Below are positions 12,401 through 23,900 of a stretch of DNA of 64,000 nucleotides, one piece after another. The notes beneath the pieces are model-generated. The model saw only the letters and a program-made list of their open reading frames with translations. It was not told the origin of the DNA and made no database searches. Source of the DNA: Phallusia mammillata (lineage: Eukaryota); assembly GCA_965637545.1 (NCBI GenBank), contig OZ281498.1, forward strand, positions 10,168,001-10,232,000, given 5' to 3'. Made by a program: the position numbers and the translations under genes. Each line of letters opens with the position of its first letter. Within the stretch, counting starts at the first letter, position 1.

Positions 12401-15400
12401 ACCTTTGGTTTTTCAACTGTACCATCCAGTACAGTTTCCTTTAAGTTGTATTTGCTGGAGAAAACCGAGAGAAAAACTGAGTCCTCTTCTTCTGCATCTT
12501 GCTCGGAAACTTCTTCCACCCCATCCCGCCCAAATTCGCTCCCATTCTCAGCCTCAACTTCCTCCTGTTGTTCCTCATCTGACGATATCGACGGCAAGGG
12601 TTTGCGGCGAGTAACTGTTCGAGAATTCTCGCTTAGTTGAAAAGACTTCACGAAATCGTCAAGTATCACCGTGGGGTTCATGGTTTTTGAACTTGTTTCG
12701 CCGGCTGCCGACGCCACAACTGGAAAGTCTTTGGAACTTGTTTGAGGTTTCTGAATGACAGAAACTTTTTCTGATGCAGTGACTTGAGTTGTTCTAACTT
12801 GTTGTTGGTCATTTTCAATAGGTAACGGTTTAATTACTGTAACTTTCGTGCTTGTCATGGATGAAAACGTTTTGTCAGTAACTATTGACTCTGAGGAAAG
12901 TGTCTCTTCAGGTACTTTCACAGAAGGTTGCTGGGGAGTTGTCAGGTCTTCAGAAAGCACTGGTTGATCATTCAAAGTTTGTTTTTCAGGTACTTTTGCT
13001 TGCAGATCCACTTTAACTGCCGAGTCTTTGCAAGTTTCAGCTTGTTCAAAACTACCAGTGTTTACCACCATAGTCTCGGTATTTGGTTCTGGTAAAATTT
13101 CAGTTTCGTTTTCGGGTCTCTTTGTATTAGCATCATCATCTGAAACGTTCGTCACACTTGCAAGTTTAGGCGATAGTTTCACTGTAACAGCAGTTTGAAA
13201 CAAAACCTGATTAGGTTTGTCCTGACAAATCCCTTTGTCTGAGACTGAGCTGATTTTTGCCAAAGCATTGCATTCCAAGTCAATTCTCGGAGTTGTGCTA
13301 ACCTCTGCAGAATCTAGTGGCGGCTGTTCCATTCCGATGACAACTGAACTGACCGGTTTGCTGACAACTGAGGGAGTCTTTGGACAATCGTTGTCACCGT
13401 GTGTGACTTCTAAAGTATGTGATTTCTGAGTTTCTGAGGCCACAACAAGACGTTCTGTGTTCTGTGTTTCCACTTGACTCGACTCGGGATTTTGTCCAGT
13501 TGTTACTGAGTTTTGAATGCAAGGTGAGGCAATAGGAACTTCTGTAGCGACTGTAAACACAGGTTCTGGTGACTTAGCTTCACGTTGATGTTTGGAAATG
13601 AAAGATTCACGACTTTGGGTTTGTCTTGTTACAATCACAGCTGGAGCTGTGGTGGTTTCCACTATTGCTTTCTCTAACATCTTTTTCTTCCAAGATTGCT
13701 TCAAGCTTGGTTGCACGACTGATGGTTCTGTCGTTGAAACGTTATTTGTGTTGGTAGCTTGTTTGCTAGACACGGTCAAATATGTTGTGGACGTTGCAGA
13801 CGACGGGGTTGTTGATGAGATACATGGCGCTGGTTCAACTAATTTCGCCTTCTCGGTGTGTTGTGGCAAATCTGTGTTGGCCTTTTCGACCTGTTCTATG
13901 ACAGTATTTTGTAATGCAGGTTCTTCTTTTGTATGTTTAACACTGTCATTTAAACATGAACCAGGCATATCTTCTGACCTAGTTGATGGAACAGGAACAG
14001 GTTCACCTTCCCCCACAGTTGATGGGACATGAACAGGTTTACTTTCTGACACAGCTGATGGAACATGAACAGGTATATCTTGTGCCGAAGTTGGTTGAAC
14101 ATGGACACATATACCTTCTGGTGTGGTTGACTGCAGATTTGGAACACTGTTAGAAGAGCTTTTTTTCGATACTTCAGAACAAGTTGAGTTTAACCCTAGT
14201 ACAGTTAGTTGAATTTCGCTTTCCAAAGCATTTTGAAGATCTCGAAACAGATCATTGTCCCATTGGTCTTGTTGAACAGCAAAAGGCCAATTCTGAATGT
14301 CAACATCAGTAACTACACTGTTACGACTTGTGTGATATGTGGAAGGCTCAACATTCTCACCTTCGTCATCGCTAAACTCAAACGAACAGTCACTTATATC
14401 TTCCAACGAATAGTGGTTTATCCTCACCTTTGAATCTTTATCCTCATTTTCACTTGCAGTGTCCGCCTTTTTTCGGATTATAGATATCAACTTCGACAGA
14501 TCTTGAATTGTCTTGTCTGGAATCTCATCGTTTTCGTTGTTGCCGTTTGCCTTGTAGGAATCTGGCTTTGAGTATTTCTGATACGGATTGCTTCTAGTGT
14601 TTGATCTTTCTTCAAATGCTTCTTTTTTGTGCCTAGAGGTAAATGTTGGCTTGTTGACTCTATCAGGATGTCGGTTATATGTTTGTCGATACGTTTTCTG
14701 ATTTTTCCAAAGCGTCTGAGCCCGTTCCATGCGCAAGAAGTCAACCGAATTTGCTGTTCCCCGTAACTTCAAGTTAGATACATCAGATGGAAGCACTTGG
14801 TCAAAACGTACACATTCACGAGCAAACTGATCAACAATAGAATTAAACTTGTTATGGTAGTATTTGTTTGTTGAAGACAATTTAACGTTGTTTGATTCAT
14901 CAGAGAAATTAGAAGAGTGTTTTGTATGTTCTGGGAATGCGTTTTCGTTTTTGTATGTTTCTTTGGTGCTTGTGTCTGCTTGAACACCTACAGATTGATT
15001 CAAGTTTCTTTGTTGTTCCACAACAAGTTCAGAAACGGTAGGCAAAACATTATTATAACTCTCTGCACTTATGCCCTCAGTAGCTCCTTCAGCAACTATC
15101 GTGTTGTTATTATTGACATTCTCTGATACCGAAGACGGCATATTTTGAGGCCAGTTAGAGGGCACATTGGGTAACATTGCCATTGTTTGTGGAATGGGGT
15201 TCTGCGTAGCATTTAAACCGGGATATACCATCCAGGGTGCATACAAGATTGGCATGTTGACAAACTCGTACGGCTGAGGACCCATTGGATAAGCAGCTTG
15301 ATAACTAAGATTGTTGTTTTGGTCCACCCCTTGAGGACAAGCTATTGTTTTAGACGATGTAGTGGAATTGTGAGAATCCTTTTTAACTTTTTGTTCATCT

Positions 15401-17541
15401 TGGCTCTCTGAACTCTCAACAACTTTTCTGCGAAATCCACGAAACAGATTCAGAGTTGATTCATCCTCGCTCGACGTTAAGTCATGTGTTAAGCTCGATT
15501 CTGAGGAACAAGTATCTGAAACGGACGGTTTCGAATCGCTAGCGAAATGCTCCGGAGAAAGCTTAGTAAACCTCCTTACCACGTGTTGTTTCACCGGGGG
15601 TTCTGGGCCGAAAAATTCCGACAGTTCGTTTTCCTGCTTTGCATCTTTTATCACCGTGGACTGAGGGGCCTTATCGTTTTGTAAATTTGTTCGACTCAGT
15701 TCATTAGTGAGTTTGCTAACTTCTGCTGGGTTGCCTTTGCACTTCTTTTCATTTAACACTGGTCGATCAGAATTAGAACTATCATTTGAATCATGTTTTT
15801 CAACGGTTTTATTATTGCTTTTCTCTGATTCCGTTTCGCTCGTATGTTGTTTGTCACGACTTTTTTTTTTGTCTTTTTTCTTTCTTGTTCTTCTTTTGTC
15901 TTTACAAACACTTTGGTTAGAGTCGCTGGAGAGACTGTTATCCGAATCTTGCTTCTTGTTTTTGGTCTTGCTCTTTGATCTCCGAGTGTTTGATCTCAAA
16001 TTGTCTTCACTAGATGAGCTTCGATCACTTGAGTCCTTCCTCCGTTTCTTTTTTTGTTTCTTTACAGTGGTTTTGTGACGATTTGAGGTTCTTTGGGAAC
16101 TTTGGTCCTGCTCGGAACTAGAATCTGATATATTTTTCTTTTTCTGAGCTTTTTTACAATCTTTGCTTTTACGATTTTTAGATTGCAGCTTGTTTTGATA
16201 ATTAAGAACCCAGTACGCAGGACTTGATTCGTTTTCATTATCGTCACTGTTAGCAATGTAGAATCCGTTCCGTCCCATGTGGTCAGTAGATTCTTTTCCA
16301 GATGAACAGGAACTGGTTGATCTGTGCCGACGGCTAGAGTTAGACGAAGAACGATTTGCCGAACCGTTGTAAGTTCTGTAACTGTTACGGGAGCTTCTTC
16401 TTGATCTGGCAAGTCTGTGTGATTTTGATGAGCTCCGTGAGCGACTTCTTCGCCTTGACCGCGACCTTCTGCGACTTCTGGATCTTGAAGAATATTCACT
16501 GGATTGGGACGAATATCTCACAAGTCGTTTGGTTTTGCTTTGACTACGTGAACGACTGACACTGCTGGAAAGGTATGACCTTGACCTTGATCTGCTGTAC
16601 TTTCGCGTCCGTGTTCGAGAATCCCTCGAGTCAGACGATTGTTTTCGTTTATTCGTAGACAATTTGGTCCGCGGATTTGGATCCACATTCTTTTTAACAA
16701 TTGTACATGAATCTTTTCTGCATTGTGTTGTGTTACAATTCTTTGCTGCAATATTTGGCGTAGACTCGCGTGACTCTCCACTACACGAACTTGGATAGTT
16801 AACAACACCCACTATTTGCTTTTTACCGTTCGCGATTGGTTCCTCTTTCGTGCAATCGTTTTTGTGTTCATCAGGCAAAATTTTATTGGCATTGTGTTTG
16901 TTAGAATACTTTGATGCTTCTGGTGAGCTTGCATCCAGCACAATTTTTCGATGATAAGCCTGAACAAATAGCGGTTTTTATCCTGCGTTTGATTTTGTTG
17001 ATTTGAATTACATTATTGACTTAGTGAATAATTCAAATTCATTGTAATATTTGTGGTCAAGAACTTAAATATGTTGCTAAACAAACGAGACTATTTTTTA
17101 ACAACCAAAACATTTCACATTCGAAAAAAATTACTGTTTAAATATTCGGAAAACATGATAAAAACTTGTAATATTTTTTGAAATAACATGTGACCAAAGT
17201 AAACATAATTTAAAAATTTAAACATGACTTAAATTTTTTAGAGTAAGTTTTTACCAATTGCACGCAAATGTTTTGTTACACCTTTCTGAACAAACATTGA
17301 TAACCTAACATACAACTTACCCCAAGAGCTTTTCCATAACATCCTTTGTCATTTTCCTCAAGCGTTGGATATTTCTTGCGAAATTTACCAGAATCTAATC
17401 CCTTTTTAGATTTCATTTCAAGCCAGGCATTAAGTGATTCGACTTCCTTCGGATGCATGGTATGAATGCCAATATGATGTTGGACGATTTCTTCAACCAC
17501 TGGTATTGATAACTTCGGAAACATCGCCTGCATTGTAAGGC
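3475..17541 (-). CDS. Large RS/Lys/Ser-rich protein of unknown function (likely nuclear); both ends unresolved
   Basis: Phase-consistent GT-AG exons: 17541-17321, 16959-12190 (4,770 bp), 12085-11989, 11796-11195, 10874-10770, 5051-4959 (less certain), 4843-3475; at least 7,257 nt (~2,420 aa). SRSRSRS tracts and KKQKKKRRK basic clusters. Candidate further exons at 3248-3182/3150 and 2763-2607. Confidence 0.75.
5371..6862 (+). mobile_element. Helentron/HINE-like non-autonomous element, copy 1
   Basis: Starts AACTAG; long similarity to 18016-19306; ends CAAAAACAATATGTG + hairpin TCCCCTTC-AGG-GAAGGGGA (6836-6854) + CCATAATT. Confidence 0.6.
6894..7376. mobile_element. Non-autonomous hAT-type MITE
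   Basis: TIRs (T/C)AGTGGTTCCCAACC / GGTTGGGAACCACTG; 8-bp TSD ATATATAG at 6886-6893 and 7377-7384; subterminal CACGGACCCC repeats. Confidence 0.9.
7432..7496 (+). ncRNA. HDV-like self-cleaving ribozyme at the retrotransposon 5' end
   Basis: P1 CCCCTAC 7432-7438 / GTAGGGG 7466-7472; P2 GGACTCGA 7443-7450 / TCGAGTCC 7489-7496; P3 ACC 7452-7454 / GGT 7463-7465; L3 TTGTCGTT; J4/2 C7483-TAAG; starts immediately after the TSD. Confidence 0.8.
7560..10640 (+). CDS. APE endonuclease - reverse transcriptase - CCHC zinc knuckle ORF (1,026 aa)
   Basis: APE: SLNIEG, LLQETH, GDFNSH, DLCL, SQHRPI. RT: YRPISLL, FVDLSAAYDTVW, GVPQGSVLAPTLFN, YADD, KYLGITLD. C-terminal CPHCGADKQDTDHLVLKC. No stops or frameshifts. 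Confidence 0.97.
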   Translation: MMLYKEMKQNAGSNVAQNKNVRVPADNLQSPAGSKNKLGSIEFRNQTKILSLNIEGSSMPKCEYLGKILQQHRVDIALLQETHATATSPESKTRIPGYTLISKVCHDKYGICTYARNPSEVTELQSVLTSNNTHRSAVKIKELTVVNSYKPPNKEWPNPPLPSFPHPTVYIGDFNSHNTDWGYNENDKAGEQLGQWINDTNLHLLYDPKTHGTFHSSRWNKDYSTDLCLVSKNDNLDPLPASTEILPSFPHSQHRPIITTVGLKIPIINSLPKNRWNFEQANWENFAKAVDQTCIHIPPSAQTIPRFHKLVLKSARRYIPRGRRKKYVPCWSKESEALFKAYEETNDNNTADQLLSSLNKDRRNRWISTVENLDFKHSSRKAWALLHKLDLNSTSKPKTAAPISANQIAKEIKQRGHHKPNHTFEKSVRKEYQQLYRTYTEDSNLSSHILMSELKESLKQTKASKAAGIDGIYPEMLKHLGNNSLQWLRTALTDIIQTGKLPKDWKIAKVIAILKPGKDPTNPSSYRPISLLCCTYKVLERIILARITPLVEPFLPSEQSGFRKHRCTSEQVLALTSHIETGYELKNTTGAIFVDLSAAYDTVWHDGLLLKLAKIIKCRTMLRIISKMTGTRRFYTCVGSDTSKTFKIKNGVPQGSVLAPTLFNVYIRDMPKTKCLKFGYADDWALTYQGNCLTTIQNQLTADLTTLQEYFTTWYLQMNTTKTVTTLFHLDNHRANQQLNITIDGKQLPTDPNPKYLGITLDRTLNYRQHLEKLSNKIKTRNSLINKLAATRWGASQSVLRTSALALCYSAAEYCASTWERSTHTKKLDIQLNRTMRIISGTLKSTPITWLPTMSAIPPPHLRRRASAMKMIQNLQTLPEEIPLTKIIRQAPKTRRLKSRHPIYNLETDNTFDMTEKWKQYWFNNMPAGGELVDDPTTPLPGFDLAHRRNWVAANRLRSKHARTAHMLQRWGERTSSECPHCGADKQDTDHLVLKCPTTKLQGGYRTVHECDTAFSDWFQNISDHI

Positions 17542-18015
17542 CTGGTTACATTCATTCAACTGTAACCAATGCAAACTTGCCTAAACGCCAAAACAATTTC
17601 TGAGAGACAAAAATATGCATGGTTTTTAAAAAAAACAAAAACAAATTTATAAATAACTTTACTAAATTATCAGAGTCAACTACCTATTGAAATACTTAGT
17701 CCAAGCATTTTGATTCTTAACAACCAACCGATGAAAAAACAAACAGATTCTATAGCGACCATATGTATTAACAAGAATAGTGGTTTTCCTATATATTGCC
17801 AGTTTATATATACTACATCATATTTAACGATGTATCACATATACCATTTACTATGTTTACAATGGATATATATTTGGCACCTACATTTCATTGGGTCCCT
17901 ATCTTTTTCCTGGCACTTTAGAACATAATTGTTTCTGCAATCATAATCTAATGGGTCCCCACACATATGCATATGCGATTTGGTAACAGTAAAAATAGGG
18001 CACAATCATTGTTAG

Positions 18016-19306
18016 ATATTTACCAATTTATTATACACATCATTTGATTGATGTTTAATTGATTATACACATCATATGATTGTTTTTGCAAGCAAAAACG
18101 AATGGGTCCCCACACGCGCGTTTGTACGGATTTGTGGTAAACAAACATTCTGGTTATTTCTAGATTCTTAAGGAAAAACTTAACCAACTTTAGCCTTAAC
18201 CCAACTTTAAAAGTTTTGTCCGTATTCTTTTTGCATCATTACTGTCATATGATTACAAAAAACAGTAAATAAGAACAGGAAAAATACTTTCAATTTAATC
18301 TCATGCTTAGACCTTGATATTGTCGTTTAAGTTTTTAAACACAATTTTCCAAAACTAAAAATGTGGTTGATAACTTAATAAAACGACATAGCATAGCTGC
18401 ACAAAAACAGCTGATATCTAATCACCAACACGACTGTCTAGTAAAACGTCCTTCCGGGCGTCAAGCTGAGCACTCCCGCTGCATTCACCCGCCTTAATCG
18501 TAAACAAATTACTACCTTGAGAGTTGAGGCTTCTATCTGACTGACAGTGTACACATATTATGGGCGGTAAAAGTAACTATTTGGCCGATTAAGGCAAATT
18601 TTTAAATACTAAACGAATAACCTACTGCAAACAATTGTTTAACATTTCAGCACATTAGGGCTTGTAATTCTGGCCTAAAACTTATTATTTTGGGGTTTAA
18701 GGGGTAAACATGGGTGAATCCAATAAAAAGTTACAAAATTCTTTAGAATAGCTTACATTGCACCAACCAACAAAGCATGAAACCCTCAGATTATGTACTT
18801 GGGTCAGTACAGCCGTTTTAATTTTTTTTCGTTTTGGGTGAACCGCTGGGTCGTTTGGGGTCAAACTTCAGGAGGATCAAATTCGGAACAATAACTAACA
18901 TCTGTGCAAATTTGAATAAATTTAAAGCACTCTTTCTTGACCAAGAAACGAATATTTTGGGGGTTAAGGGGTGAAAATGGGTAAATCTTTTCTTTAAGGT
19001 ACAAAATTCTTTGAAATACCTTATATTGCACCAAACAACAAAGCATATAACTCCTAAATGAAGTACTTTAGCAAGTATAGCCGTTTTGAAAATTTCACGT
19101 TTTGGGGGGTTGTGGGTGAACTGAGGAATCAAACGGGGTCAAAATTCACATGGACCATCTTTAGACCAAAATCTATAATATGTGTAAATTTAAAAAAGTT
19201 TGAACCATTCTTTCTTGACCAAAACGTGGGAACAAATCCGCGTTAGACGAAACAAAAATATAGACAAAAACAATATGTGTCCCCTTCAGGGAAGGGGACC
19301 CTTAAT
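18016..19306 (+). mobile_element. Helentron/HINE-like non-autonomous element, copy 2
   Basis: Same blocks as copy 1 (GATTGTTTTTGCAAGCAAAAACGAATGGG; CGTCAAGCTGAGCACTCCCGCT); internal subrepeat duplicated (~18690-19230); identical 3' hairpin at 19280-19298. Confidence 0.6.
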
Positions 19307-20762
19307 TAAAATTGTAGATGCAAGGTAATCAAGTTTAAGTAAACTCCAATACAATGTATTTAGAACCTAAACCCTCAAAATTACACCAACAACTGCCTAG
19401 TTAACACATCTGGTACCAACAATGTCGAATAACTAACACAAAACAAACACAGTTAACTACCAACAAGCAAAAAGGCCAGCACACGAAGCCACCTAAACTA
19501 TAAGTGCGCAGCAGACAGGAAATGCGCGCCCACACAATTAACGCCCGAGTGAGCACCAATCATAGCTGCAGCGTGTTACTAATCTCACTCTGTGGGTTTA
19601 CGTCTACAACTAGCCAAACTGAAACCATACCATATTCACAACAATTGTTCACTTTTGGTTTCAGTTTTAAGCTACCTTAGCGGGTCAAGTTACAGTGGTT
19701 TTATACATACAATACAGCTAGGTTATGTTGCCTAAATTGTTAGCTAACCTTTGAGTTAAACCTATACTGTACTTCAGCATGCTAATGCTGGCTATCTAAA
19801 AATCCCTTTACTCAGCTGTACTTTACCATAAAAGGTTGCAAGGCGGTTTCGCTGTCTTGCCGAGCCAATGCACAATGCGCACTTGTGTTAAGAGCCTGCG
19901 ATGCAAACTATTCAAGCAATCCAGCCTATCAGAACGTTAATCAACAAGAGGCTATTCTTATCTAAAAGCACAAGCATGCGAAGCGCTTGGGTCGCGTTGC
20001 GCAATCTCCCAGACACATACACGCGCTCTGACAAAACAACAACCTATTTAATAGCACGGACTGGCATAAGCCAACATAACAACAGGAAATAAAGTCATGC
20101 ACTGAATAGCTAGCAGTAACGGCAGATCACCACTGCGTTTATATCTTTGGAAAAGCATTGTTTGATGAGGTGTGTGTGTGTGCGCTCGTGCACTGTGCGT
20201 TGCGGGTTTATTGTTTGTTTCCGCGTGGCCTTACCAGGCAATAAATCGCCTTGCCTGAGGCTTGCGCAACTTCAGGAAACTACGTTGCAATCGGGTTCAT
20301 ATGCTGGCAACTGCTAATCGTAACAACACAATCTGATTAAGATTGCTGCACGCAAAATCATAACTAATTGAAAGTACAAGAGCGCCTGTGCTGCTGGCAG
20401 TTTTCATTACGAGCGAAACTGTTTTGTACCGTTCGTCTGAAAAAGGTGACGCGTTAGCCAAGCCAGCGGTGAAAAACGGCAAGCCTATTTAGAAACGGAG
20501 AGGAAGCAGCTTGTCTCTACCAATCAGAAAGCACCCTGTGTGTTGCGAACCCGCAGATGAAAAACGCAAGGCTTGAGATGAGCACTACACTATTACTAAT
20601 AACAAATACTATGTTTATTTGCTTGCTTTGAAAGCTAAACCATTTGTAGTTAAGATAAACAGTTATATTTTGTACCTAGCACATTGTTTAAACAGCGTGT
20701 TCTTACCTTTCATGCAACAATGTTATCTTGTAAAAACTTTAACTTATTCAGTTGGTACTTAC

Positions 20763-20909
20763 ATCCTGAACTATGCGTAAAGGTATATTAGCCGACTCAT
20801 TGCGAATGTACGAAGGCAGCCGATATCCAGCACACGACGTGTAGCCAACATCATGATCTCTGTCGCATTTGTCTTTGTCAAAACGCTCAATTGAATCGTT
20901 CGACAGCAT
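20763..20909 (-). CDS. Candidate isolated coding exon, possibly the 5' part of the RS-rich gene
   Basis: TTTTACAG/ATG acceptor, GAT/GTAAGT donor, 49 open codons MLSNDSIERFDKDKCDRDHDVGYTSCAGYRLPSYIRNESANIPLRIVQD. Confidence 0.4.
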
Positions 20910-23900
20910 CTGTAAAATAGAATGACGTGGCCTTACTGCAAAATGCACAGCGTGCACACCGTCCATATTTCGAATACAGATTGGTAGGCAACGTTTAAGG
21001 CAAAATAGGTCAGGTGGAAACATAATTTTGCTTTCAGCATTTGTATTGAAATAAGTAAAAATATCAAAATAACCTCTCCGACATTAGCTGCATCTATCGA
21101 ATATCACGGTAAGTTGATTGCAATGCTGAATGAACCATGAAATTAAATTTTTACCCACAGCGTTTCAGAACGTCGAAACATCGAAATCGTATGATAAGCA
21201 ATACTTGAACCGGCCTTTTGATCGAAGCGAAATGAATATAGTCTACAATTTGGAAAAAAAATTCACGGATTCCTGGTTTGTCTGATGCAATCAATGTGTT
21301 TGTGCAGCTAAAGTGAAATAGTTTACTTTCGATGTTGCTTATGCAAAGAAAAGTGCTGAATCTTCACAAAATAAACAACTTTCACAAATTACCTTTCTTA
21401 TTAAACACTATGAACACAAGTTAAACCTAAATCAATCATGGATATAACGTATATTGTTTGTCTAACAATCCTACCTCCTTGCTTTTCATGGTTTAGCGTG
21501 CTTTGCTTTCAAAGGACACAGCAACGTGTATAGGTTGACGAGGGGCGCGATAACATTCCAAACTTTGTTCTTCTTTTCTGTGCAAGAAAACCCAACACGG
21601 TATTATTCAATCAGACAAACACTGGACAAGAAATATGATACTCAGAACCTGTTTGTCGAACAAAGCCTAAACCGTTCTTTGTGTTCGGTTTGGGAGACAG
21701 TTTGTACTTTACGAGGCAACGACTTGGTTACTGTTGTTAGGAGTTTGTTTTTCATGTCGGTGTTATAAGTTATGAGATATTTTGGTTTACTTACCATTAG
21801 TTTTGTTCTGTCCTCGAAATTTGCAGTACTTCAGTGGCCTACATTTGATAGCCCTAAAACTGACTGCAAAATATTGTTTTGAAAACAAGTCTAATGATCT
21901 GTTGACAAAAAAGTAAGGCACAATAAATTATCTACAAGCAAAACACAATATAATACGACATACTATGTTTTGTCTAAACCAGAGAACTATTGCAAATCAC
22001 AAAGACCGTATATTAGTTCACAAAAAACTTTAACCCGGTTTAATTCAGTTTGTTCGAGCTTACCTTTCTTTAGTATCTATGAATATGATACCTATAACCT
22101 ACTTGTTCACCACGGCTAATCTAATATTGACAGTATGTTACTAAAACCAACCCAATGTCTAGAGTCTAGACGGACTTGTTAACCAAACGCCAACAATATA
22201 AGCTAAACATGTTTAAAAGCACATTGACGCTGAGGAACGAATAACAAAAATGACAAAATTAACGTCTGCAAATGAACTAATGACGAATAGTTTAAATGCG
22301 ACACCGTAACAGACTTGATAAGCCTTGTGTGCCTCGCTTTCTTTCTCTACTCGCCTTGGCAATGCCTTGCGTTCCAGGCTGAAAGTTACGCCATCAAAAT
22401 CTAGACCAGGCGTAACAAAAGGACGAACCGCTTGAGCGACCGTGCGAAAAAACGCCTCAAACTAAACTGCTTTGTTCGTTTTTCGAGCGTAGAAAGGGCT
22501 CTGGATACTTCCAACAGTTAAACATTAACCTTAGCAAACACCAGGTTACATTGCGCTGCTCGCACCATCAACGCCTTAGGTCAACAAGCTATTGGCCAAA
22601 CAACATCCTGTGTGGCGTGCAGCCTGCAAAACTGTAGGCAAATAAAAGTTGACTCACCTTGAACAGAAGTGTTTTGCACAAATCGGTTTACATTTTAGGC
22701 CAAGCATACAAATAGCCCAATTAAGTTGGTATTCAATGTTCAAAACCAACACAGGCATTTGTTTGAATATTTGCAAAAGGAAAACAGAATGCTCAGTTCT
22801 GTGATTTGTATTCTATTACTGATGGGGTGACTAAAGAAGACAATGACATTATAAATTAAAACCTTAGATAGTACATGTCGTTATTCGTGACTATATGAAA
22901 CCAGGATGTTTAATATCAGAGAAAAAATGGTTTTCAGGACGCCAATAACAGTTTACCGAAACCGAAATTTTATAACGCCATGCCTACATTTACTTTCACA
23001 TCCTTTTTTTTCTATGCAATGCTGAACTTTTTGTTTGCGTTGAAGTACAGCCTTGCTTGAACCCTCAAACACGAGGTATGCTGAATAGCATTTTCGCAAC
23101 CACCAACAGGGAGTCCGCCGCAGGATATGACCTTTCTCTTCTCTCGCAAAAAGTAATCGATACGTCACGCAGTTGCTATTATATTATTGCCTGACAGCGC
23201 AAGCCCATATTGAGAATAACTTGCTTATATGGAACAGAATATTTTATACCAAAACCGTACACAAAAAACACTTTATTTGTTAAACCTTTTTGTCGTGTTA
23301 TATTTTTAAATTGCATGTGCGTGCGGGCCTGCGCATGTACATCACGATTGTAATACGTGAAATGCCTCAAAAAAGGCATATCCCTTGCACTGGATCATAA
23401 ACTTTAATGTTACAACCATTATAGTTGACAGTCAAAAGTTCGGTCAACGAATAAGTTGAATATTATGAAATTTTCATTACTTGGTGAAATTGATTCGGCA
23501 TCAAGCAAACGGGTCGACTTTGGTCACGGACTGAAAACAACCCTATGCAATTCGAGGAACATTTTCCGAAACACTTGTCTAACTAAAAAAATGTTGGATG
23601 CAGTCTACAAAATTGTCGTCTGAGAAAGAAGACCCACAAGTAATATAATTACAAATAAAAAGTACATTTGCAAAATAACCTTTACTGCGAATGTAGCCTC
23701 TGGTGTTCATTAACCACACCGACGCCATCACCCATAACATTAAAGACGCAAAGTAATTTGTTTGTCACCAATTCAAACAATGCAACATCGAAAAGACTGG
23801 AAAACATTGTTGTAGTCCTCTAAGCTTGATCGAACACAGGGCCGCAAATTATATAAAAACGCAAAAACAAAACAGTGCTACTATAGTATATTTTATGTGT

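Noticed and set aside
12170-16078. Numerous short plus-strand and alternative-frame ORFs inside the giant exons and the LINE
   Set aside because: Antisense or off-frame shadows of long low-complexity coding exons, with no independent motifs
17542-17599. 19-nt micro-exon plus 39-nt GC-AG intron that would link exon 20909-20763 to the RS gene (similar 34-35 nt pseudo-introns at ~857-891 and ~22624-22657)
   Set aside because: Phases fit, but the introns I could support here are 66 nt or longer; not reportable without junction reads
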